Shown piece by piece: positions 57,696-64,000 of a stretch of DNA of 64,000 nucleotides. This DNA is from Desulfatiglandales bacterium (GTDB taxonomy: Bacteria; Desulfobacterota; DSM-4660; Desulfatiglandales; Desulfatiglandaceae). Below the pieces are notes generated by a model. The model saw only the letters and a program-made list of their open reading frames with translations. It did no database searches and was not told where the DNA came from. The position numbers and the translations under genes were made by a program. Numbering within the stretch: position 1 is the stretch's first letter; each line of letters begins with the position of its first letter. Location of the stretch: NCBI GenBank assembly GCA_963662465.1, contig OY759599.1:7264001-7328000 (forward strand), read 5' to 3'.

Positions 57696-59579
57696 ATGGC
57701 AAATTTTGAAACAGTAGAAGTAAGCACGGACCTCCTGATTCTTGGTGGGGGTTTTTCAGCCTGTGGCGTGGCCACGGAAGCCGCCTATTGGGCAAAGAAA
57801 AATGGTCTTAAGGTCACCTTGGTGGACAAAGCCGCATTGGATCGAAGCGGCGCCGTAGCCATGGGTCTTTCCGCCATCAATCAGTACGTGGGCGTAAAAG
57901 ACGGCGACAATACCCTCGAAGACTACGTTCGTTATGTGCGTCAGGACCTCATGGGTGTTTCCAGGGAAGATCTGGTTTACAACATCGCCCGTCACGTGGA
58001 CTCCTCGGTTCATCTGTTTGAAAAATGGGGTCTTAAAATCTGGTTGGATGAAAACGGCAAGTACGTGCATGAAGGTCGTTGGCAGCTCATGATTAACGGC
58101 GAGTCCTACAAGATTCTCGTCGCGGAAGCCGCCAAAAACGCCATTGCCGAAGCGGGTGGTGAAATCTTTGAAAGGATTTTCATTGTCGAACCGCTGTTGG
58201 ACGGCAACAAGTGCGTGGGCGCCGTCGGTTTCAGCACCCGTGAAGAAAAATTCTACGTGTTCAAGGCCAAGGCAACGGTCGCAACCATGGGCGGCGCGGT
58301 ACACGTATTCCGTCCCAGGTCCGTTGGCGAAGGTTTTGGACGTTCCTGGTATCCTCCGTTTAACACCGGTTCCAGCGCCTACTTTACCATTAAGGCCGGC
58401 GCCGAAATGACCTGCCAGGAAGTGCGTTTTATTCCCGTCCGATTCAAGGATGCGTACGGTCCCGTGGGCGCATGGTTCCTGCTGTTTAAATCCCGCGCCA
58501 TCAGCGCGGTGGGCGGCGAGTATATGTCGGTGAGGAAAGAGGAGCTGCAGAACTGGGCCCCCTATGGCCTCGCCAAACCCATTCCGGCCAACCTCAGGAA
58601 TTACCTGGGTATGCTGGATATTGATGAAGGCTTAGGTCCCTTGTACATGGAGACCGCTGAGGCCATGGGCAAGATCGCCGATGCTTTTAAGGATGACCCC
58701 AAGGGTTACAAGAAGAAAGTGAAGGAACTGGAGTCCGAAGCATGGGAAGATTTTCTGGATATGACCATTTCCCAGGCGCACCTCTGGGCTGCCATGAACG
58801 TCAAACCCGAAGAGAAACATTCCGAAATTGCCGCTTGTGAGCCTTACTTCATTGGTTCCCACTCCGGCGCTTCCGGTGCATGGGTGAGTGGTCCTGAAGA
58901 TCTGGATACCCCCTACAAATGGGGTTACGCCAACATGACAACGGTGGATGGTTTGTTTGCGGCCGGCGACGCTTCCGGCGCTTCCAGCCATAAGTTTTCC
59001 TCCGGTTCCCACGCGGAAGGTCGTTATACCGGTAAAGCCGCCATTAAGTACATCGTGGAAAAGGGTGCAGAGCCCAACGTCGATGCGGCCGTGGTGGAAG
59101 ACCTGAGAGCAAAGATCCTGGCGCCTCTGGATCGCTACCAGGAATTCTGCAACATTACCACCGAGCCCTCCGTCAACCCCAACTACATTCTGTGGCGTCC
59201 CTTTATGGATCGTATGCAGAAGATCATGGATGAGTATGCAGGCGGTGTGACCGCGGGCTTCAAGACCAGCAAACCGAATCTTGAGAGAGCCATGGAGCTG
59301 TTCGTGTTTCTGCAGGAAGATGCCGAGAAACTGGCTGCTCAGGGTATTTACGAACTGGAAAGGTGCTGGGAGAATATGCACCGCATGGCGCAGGCGGAAG
59401 CCCATGTGCGCACCATGCTGTTCCGTGATGAGACCCGTTGGCCTGGATACTACTTCAGGGCCGATACGCCGACCATGGACGAAGAAAACTGGCACTGCTT
59501 TGCCAACTGCAGGCGTGATGCTGCAACCGGCGAGTGGGAAATGTCCAAGAAAGATATTTGGAACATCCCCGGTGTATAA
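57696..59579 (+). CDS. aprA: Adenylylsulfate reductase alpha subunit
   Basis: RSGAVAMGLSAIN, WQLMINGESYK, RFKD.YGPVGAWFL, EAWEDFLDM and HKFSSGSH motifs. Confidence 0.98.
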   Translation: MANFETVEVSTDLLILGGGFSACGVATEAAYWAKKNGLKVTLVDKAALDRSGAVAMGLSAINQYVGVKDGDNTLEDYVRYVRQDLMGVSREDLVYNIARHVDSSVHLFEKWGLKIWLDENGKYVHEGRWQLMINGESYKILVAEAAKNAIAEAGGEIFERIFIVEPLLDGNKCVGAVGFSTREEKFYVFKAKATVATMGGAVHVFRPRSVGEGFGRSWYPPFNTGSSAYFTIKAGAEMTCQEVRFIPVRFKDAYGPVGAWFLLFKSRAISAVGGEYMSVRKEELQNWAPYGLAKPIPANLRNYLGMLDIDEGLGPLYMETAEAMGKIADAFKDDPKGYKKKVKELESEAWEDFLDMTISQAHLWAAMNVKPEEKHSEIAACEPYFIGSHSGASGAWVSGPEDLDTPYKWGYANMTTVDGLFAAGDASGASSHKFSSGSHAEGRYTGKAAIKYIVEKGAEPNVDAAVVEDLRAKILAPLDRYQEFCNITTEPSVNPNYILWRPFMDRMQKIMDEYAGGVTAGFKTSKPNLERAMELFVFLQEDAEKLAAQGIYELERCWENMHRMAQAEAHVRTMLFRDETRWPGYYFRADTPTMDEENWHCFANCRRDAATGEWEMSKKDIWNIPGV

Positions 59580-59600
59580 TCATTAACCGTTGTTAACCAT

Positions 59601-59636
59601 TGCTCCAGGCGTCTTTATGATGCCTGGAGCATTTTG
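59601..59636 (+). terminator. Hairpin/terminator after aprA
   Basis: TGCTCCAGGCGTC-loop-GATGCCTGGAGCA followed by TTTT. Confidence 0.7.
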
Positions 59637-59642
59637 TTATCA

Positions 59643-59800
59643 GTTTTACGTTTTATGTTTTAAGTTTTAAGCATTTATGGGACCTTTGAGAATCTTAAAA
59701 CTTAAAACTTAAAACTTGGTGAATTGGCGTTTTTGAAGCATTCATCAAAGATATTAGGGCACTAACAGCTAACAGCTAACAGCTAATAGCTAACAGCTAA
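59643..59800. repeat. Three heptamer arrays between aprA and qmoA
   Basis: (GTTTTAH)x4 at 59643-59671, its complement (CTTAAAA)x3 at 59694-59717, and (CTAAYAG)x5 at 59762-59800. Confidence 0.9.
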
Positions 59801-59823
59801 AAACAATAATGCTGGAGGAGACA

Positions 59824-61092
59824 ATGGCAGATGTACAAACGACAAACCAGAGTATACTGGTGGTTGGCGGAGGCATGAGTGGGATTACGGCTGCCCTGGA
59901 AGCGGCCGAAGCCGGTTATGACGTAGTGCTGGTTGAAAAGAATCCCTACCTGGGTGGGCGTGTGACCCAGTTTTATCAGTATTTTCCAAAGCTGTGTCCG
60001 CCCAATTGCGGTCTTGAGATTAATTTCCGGCGCATGAGGCAAAATCCGAAGGTGCGCTTTTTTACCATGGCGGAAGTGGCGAACATTTCGGGGACGGAAG
60101 GTAATTATGACGTCGCTATTAAACTGTCTCCCCGTTATGTAACTGATAAGTGTACTTGTTGCGGCAAATGCAGTGAAGTTTGTGAAACGGAAATCGACAA
60201 TCCATTCAATTACGGTATTGACAAGATCAAGGCTGCCTATCTTCCCCAGGAATTTGCATTTCCCATGCGGTATGTGATCGATCCTTCCATCGTGGGAACC
60301 GAAGACGGTAAGAAGTGTCAGGAAGCCTGTGAATATGGCGCGGTGGATCTGGAAATGAAGGAAACTACCTTTGATCTTAAGGTGGGGGCCATTATTTGGG
60401 CCGCGGGTTGGACACCCTATGATGCCGCAAAAATTGACTACTACGGCTTTGGCGAATATAAGAATGTGGTCACCAACGTGATGATGGAGCGCATGGCGTC
60501 CCCGAACGGACCCACCGGGGGAAAGATTCTCCGGCCCTCGGACGGCAAGGAAGTCAAGAATATCGCCTTTGTCCAGTGTGCGGGATCGAGGGACGAAAAT
60601 CACCTGCCTTACTGCTCCGGCATCTGCTGCCTGGCGTCCATGAAACAGGCCACCTATGTGCGGGAACGACACCCCGATTGCGACATCAGCATATTTTTTA
60701 TTGACATCCGCGCTCTGGATCGACTGGAAGACTTTTACACCAAGGTTCAGGAAGATGAAAAAATTGAATTCATCAAAAGCAAGATTGCAAATATCTCGGA
60801 GGATGAGGCGACGGGCGACCTGTTGCTGGAAGGTGAGAATACACGGACGGGTGAGCAGCTTCGCATGACCTTTGACATGGCGGTTCTGGCCACCGGCATG
60901 GTTCCCAACAAGATCGACATCGCCGGCGCACCCGACGTGGCGGCCGACGAATACGGTTTCGTGGTCAATGATCCGCAAAAACCCGGCATATACGGCGCCG
61001 GTTGCGTCAGAAGACCCACGGATGTCGCTTCATCCGTGCAGGACGCCACATCATCCGCCTTGAAGGCTATCCAATCAATCGCGAGGAGGTAA
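59824..61092 (+). CDS. qmoA: QmoA
   Basis: HdrA-like; YFPKLCPP.CGLEIN and QCAGSRDENHLPYCS motifs; follows aprA. Confidence 0.92.
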   Translation: MADVQTTNQSILVVGGGMSGITAALEAAEAGYDVVLVEKNPYLGGRVTQFYQYFPKLCPPNCGLEINFRRMRQNPKVRFFTMAEVANISGTEGNYDVAIKLSPRYVTDKCTCCGKCSEVCETEIDNPFNYGIDKIKAAYLPQEFAFPMRYVIDPSIVGTEDGKKCQEACEYGAVDLEMKETTFDLKVGAIIWAAGWTPYDAAKIDYYGFGEYKNVVTNVMMERMASPNGPTGGKILRPSDGKEVKNIAFVQCAGSRDENHLPYCSGICCLASMKQATYVRERHPDCDISIFFIDIRALDRLEDFYTKVQEDEKIEFIKSKIANISEDEATGDLLLEGENTRTGEQLRMTFDMAVLATGMVPNKIDIAGAPDVAADEYGFVVNDPQKPGIYGAGCVRRPTDVASSVQDATSSALKAIQSIARR

Positions 61093-61096
61093 CTCG

Positions 61097-63325
61097 ATGG
61101 ACAAGAAGACAGCAGTTTATTTATGCACCGGGTGCGGCATTGGAGATGCCCTGGACATTGAACAGCTCAAGGAGGAGGGGACCGAAGACTTCAAAATTGA
61201 TGTCTCTAAGGATCATCCCTGCCTGTGCGGCGCCGAAGGGCTCGAGCTGATTAAAAAAGATATTGCCGACGGTGTCAATACGGTGATCCTCGGCGCCTGT
61301 TCCTACCGGGTTAATTACGACGTATTTAATTTTGGTCCTGGTGTGATCGTTGAGCGGGTGAACCTGCGTGAGCAGGTGGCCTGGGTTATGCCCCCCAAGG
61401 AGGAAAATACCCAGGAACTGGCCCAGGACAACCTGCGCATGGGGTGTTCCAAGGCCAAAGATACGCAATTGCCGGAACCCTTTAAGGCGGAAGAAGAATA
61501 TTCCAAGGATGTGCTGGTGGTGGGCGGGGGTCTTGCCGGTATGACGGCGGCCCTGGAAACGGCGAAAGCCGGTTACCAGGCGATTCTGGTGGAAAAGGAA
61601 GAAAACCTGGGCGGTTTCCTGGGCAGGATGAAAAAGACCATCACCCTTCCCTATAAAGAGTTGTCGGAAACCGGTGCTCAGGACCTGATCAAGGCTGTTT
61701 CGGAAGAGCCCAGGATTAAAGTATTTACCGGTTCAACCGTTGAAAAGATCAGCGGTGCTCCAGGTTTGTTCTCCGTGGATATCAAGCAAAACGGCAATGT
61801 GGTCACTGAAAGGGCAGGCGCCGTGGTGCAGGCCACCGGATGGGTTCCCTATGATGCCAACAAGCTGGGGCATCTGGGGTATGGACAGTTCAAGGACGTC
61901 ATCACCAATGTGGAAATGGAAGAGATGGCCGCAGCCGGTAAGATTACCCGGCCCTCCGACGGCAGCCCGGTCAAAAATGTGCTGTTCATTCAGTGTGCCG
62001 GTTCCAGGGATCCGGAACACCTGCCCTATTGTTCCGGCGCTTGTTGCCTGGTTTCCATGAAACAGGCCGCCTATGTGAAAGAGCAGGATGCGGAAGCGGT
62101 GAACTATGTCCTGTATAAGGATGTGCGCACGGTGGGTCAGGCGGAAGATTTTTACCGAAAGTCCCAGGAAGCTGGTAGTGTATTTATCCGCGGCGCCGCC
62201 ACGGAAGTGGGCGAGTCTGGTGGAAAACTCTTCGTGGAAGCGGATGATGAACTTCTGGGAGAGAAAGTCAAGATTGAAGAATTGGATCTGGTCGTTTTGG
62301 CGGTCGGTATGGTGCCCGCTTCGAAACCGGAAGTGGCGCCTAGAATCAAGGCGCCGGCTGATACGGCAGGCGCCGATGAAGAAGGGATGATCGAAGTGGT
62401 TCCGGATTCCGGCTTTTTTGCCAATTCCGCCTTGAACCTGGCATATCGACAGGGACCGGAGCTGCCCACCCTGAAATACGGCTTTCCCGATTCCCATTTC
62501 ATCTGTTTTCCCTATGAAACCAGACGAACCGGCATTTACAGCGCGGGATGCGTTAAGCGGCCCATGGAAACGGCAAAGGTTTTGGATGATGCGACGGGCG
62601 CCGCCATGAAAGCCATTCAGTGTACCGAATTGACCGCTGAAGGAAAGGCCGTTCATCCCAGGGCAGGGGACATGACCTTCCCTGAATTCAACATGAACCG
62701 ATGCACCCAGTGTAAGCGGTGTACGGAAGAATGTCCCTTTGGCGCCATCAATGAGGATGAAAAAGGCAATCCCCTTCCCAATCCGACCCGGTGCCGTCGA
62801 TGCGGCGTGTGCATGGGCGCTTGCCCGGAGCGGATTATCTCCTTCAAGAATTACTCCGTGGGCATGATCGGAAACATGGTTAAGTCGATAAATGTTCCCG
62901 AAGAGGATGAGGAGAAACCGAGAGTGCTCTGCCTCATCTGCGAGAACGATGCGCTGCCGGCCCTGGATATGGCGGGCATCAAGCGCATGAAGTGGAGTCC
63001 CTATGTGCGGTTTGTTCCCCTCAGGTGTTTGGGTTCCATGAACCTGGTGTGGATTGCGGACTCCCTGTCGCGCGGCATTGACGGCATTCTGCTCATGGGA
63101 TGCCGCCACGGCGATGATTACCAGTGCCATTTCGTCAAAGGGAGTGAACTGGCCAATACGCGACTCGGCAAGGTATCCGAAACCCTGGACCGCCTGGCCC
63201 TGGAGTCTGATCGTGTGAAGTTTGTGGAAGTGGGCATTACGGATTACGACAAGATCCCCAAGATTATCGATGATTTTATGGAAACCATTGAGGAAGTGGG
63301 TCCCAACCCGTATAAAGGCTGGTAA
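61097..63325 (+). CDS. qmoB: QmoB
   Basis: HdrA module plus YRQG.ELP, SHFICFPYETRRTGIY, CTQCKRCTEECPFG; C-terminal MvhD domain. Confidence 0.95.
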   Translation: MDKKTAVYLCTGCGIGDALDIEQLKEEGTEDFKIDVSKDHPCLCGAEGLELIKKDIADGVNTVILGACSYRVNYDVFNFGPGVIVERVNLREQVAWVMPPKEENTQELAQDNLRMGCSKAKDTQLPEPFKAEEEYSKDVLVVGGGLAGMTAALETAKAGYQAILVEKEENLGGFLGRMKKTITLPYKELSETGAQDLIKAVSEEPRIKVFTGSTVEKISGAPGLFSVDIKQNGNVVTERAGAVVQATGWVPYDANKLGHLGYGQFKDVITNVEMEEMAAAGKITRPSDGSPVKNVLFIQCAGSRDPEHLPYCSGACCLVSMKQAAYVKEQDAEAVNYVLYKDVRTVGQAEDFYRKSQEAGSVFIRGAATEVGESGGKLFVEADDELLGEKVKIEELDLVVLAVGMVPASKPEVAPRIKAPADTAGADEEGMIEVVPDSGFFANSALNLAYRQGPELPTLKYGFPDSHFICFPYETRRTGIYSAGCVKRPMETAKVLDDATGAAMKAIQCTELTAEGKAVHPRAGDMTFPEFNMNRCTQCKRCTEECPFGAINEDEKGNPLPNPTRCRRCGVCMGACPERIISFKNYSVGMIGNMVKSINVPEEDEEKPRVLCLICENDALPALDMAGIKRMKWSPYVRFVPLRCLGSMNLVWIADSLSRGIDGILLMGCRHGDDYQCHFVKGSELANTRLGKVSETLDRLALESDRVKFVEVGITDYDKIPKIIDDFMETIEEVGPNPYKGW

Positions 63326-63339
63326 GGGAGAGGATTTTT

Positions 63340-63930
63340 ATGGAAAAGTTGGTGGGCTATGATCCCTCCTTTGCCGAGGAGGTTTTCCAGAATGTGGATT
63401 CTGGGGATGAAATCAAAATGTGCATGAATTGCGGCGTTTGCGCGGCATCCTGCCCATTGCGGGAGCATATGGATTACCCGCCGAGGCAGATATTCTCTCT
63501 GATTCGGGCCGGCAAACGAGAACTGGTCCTTGGCAGCAAGGCTATCATGCTATGTACCTCCTGTTACACGTGCGCGGTGAAGTGCCCCAGGTCTATCCCG
63601 GTGATAGATGTGATGCATGGGTTGGCCCACTATGCCCTCAAGAAGGGGTATATGCCGCGGGTGGAAACGGCCCGGTTCGGAAAAGAATTCTGGAATCAGG
63701 TGTACCGACTGGGTCGTGTGGACGAAAAAGATCTTCCCAGGCGGGTGTTTTTTGCCGGTGGATTTGCGGAAGGAATTAAAAAGATGCTCAACTTCATGGA
63801 TATCGGCATCAAATTGATGCTTCACCGGCGTATGAAGTTGCTGCCCGAACGAAAAATAAAGGGGATAAACTCCTTGCAGAAGATGCTGGATAAGGCGGAA
63901 CGGATGGGTAAAGGGGGGGCCGTGCGATGA
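63340..63930 (+). CDS. hdrC: HdrC-like 2x[4Fe-4S] protein
   Basis: CMNCGVCAASCP and CTSCYTCAVKCP motifs; 196 aa with no TM/heme domain. Confidence 0.85.
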   Translation: MEKLVGYDPSFAEEVFQNVDSGDEIKMCMNCGVCAASCPLREHMDYPPRQIFSLIRAGKRELVLGSKAIMLCTSCYTCAVKCPRSIPVIDVMHGLAHYALKKGYMPRVETARFGKEFWNQVYRLGRVDEKDLPRRVFFAGGFAEGIKKMLNFMDIGIKLMLHRRMKLLPERKIKGINSLQKMLDKAERMGKGGAVR

Positions 63931-64000
63931 AATATTTTTTGTATTGGGGATGCAGCCTGGAAGGTAGCGGCGCCAATTTTCTGGTTTCCCTGAAACCCCC
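63927..64000 (+). CDS. hdrB: HdrB-like CCG protein, 5' end only
   Basis: MKYFLYWGCSLEG start overlapping the hdrC stop (ATGA); only 24 codons visible. Confidence 0.65.
   Translation, partial: MKYFLYWGCSLEGSGANFLVSLKP

Noticed and set aside
59797..63130. Long minus-strand ORFs (393 and 465 aa)
   Set aside because: Antisense shadows of qmoA and qmoB.
63340..63930. qmoC
   Set aside because: Too short and lacks the transmembrane heme b domain.

Overview
64 kb from a sulfate-reducing bacterium, probably Desulfobacterota (inferred from gene content). Left (1-11 kb): KS-like gene at the edge, serine hydrolase, a Rieske/cytochrome b pair, macro-domain protein, hicB-hicA and a selB-yqeC-LUD operon. 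A ~18.8 kb island is integrated in tRNA-Asn(GTT), bounded by a 45-bp direct repeat (11039-11083 / 29861-29905). It has an excisionase and paired arm-type sites but no integrase. It carries a decayed type-1 BREX system (brxA and brxB intact, brxC and pglX internally deleted, pglZ and brxL absent). The BREX operon is interleaved with toxin-antitoxin and Schlafen-like genes whose boundaries often carry a 9-mer-based repeat. The island also holds an IS, two paralogous novel lipoproteins and an MBL hydrolase. 30-43.7 kb is further accessory DNA: an RtcR-like/HsdR/Fic deletion chimera, a candidate sRNA, an IS91 remnant, a Na+ symporter, glycosylation genes and a complete IS1634. Right (43.7-64 kb) is core energy metabolism: hdrL-flxDCBA with two UGA-selenocysteine/SECIS read-throughs missed by the ORF track, a PAS kinase/sigma54 regulator, pfk, and aprBA-qmoAB followed by hdrC-hdrB instead of qmoC. 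Family assignments come from motif recognition only; no database searches were run.
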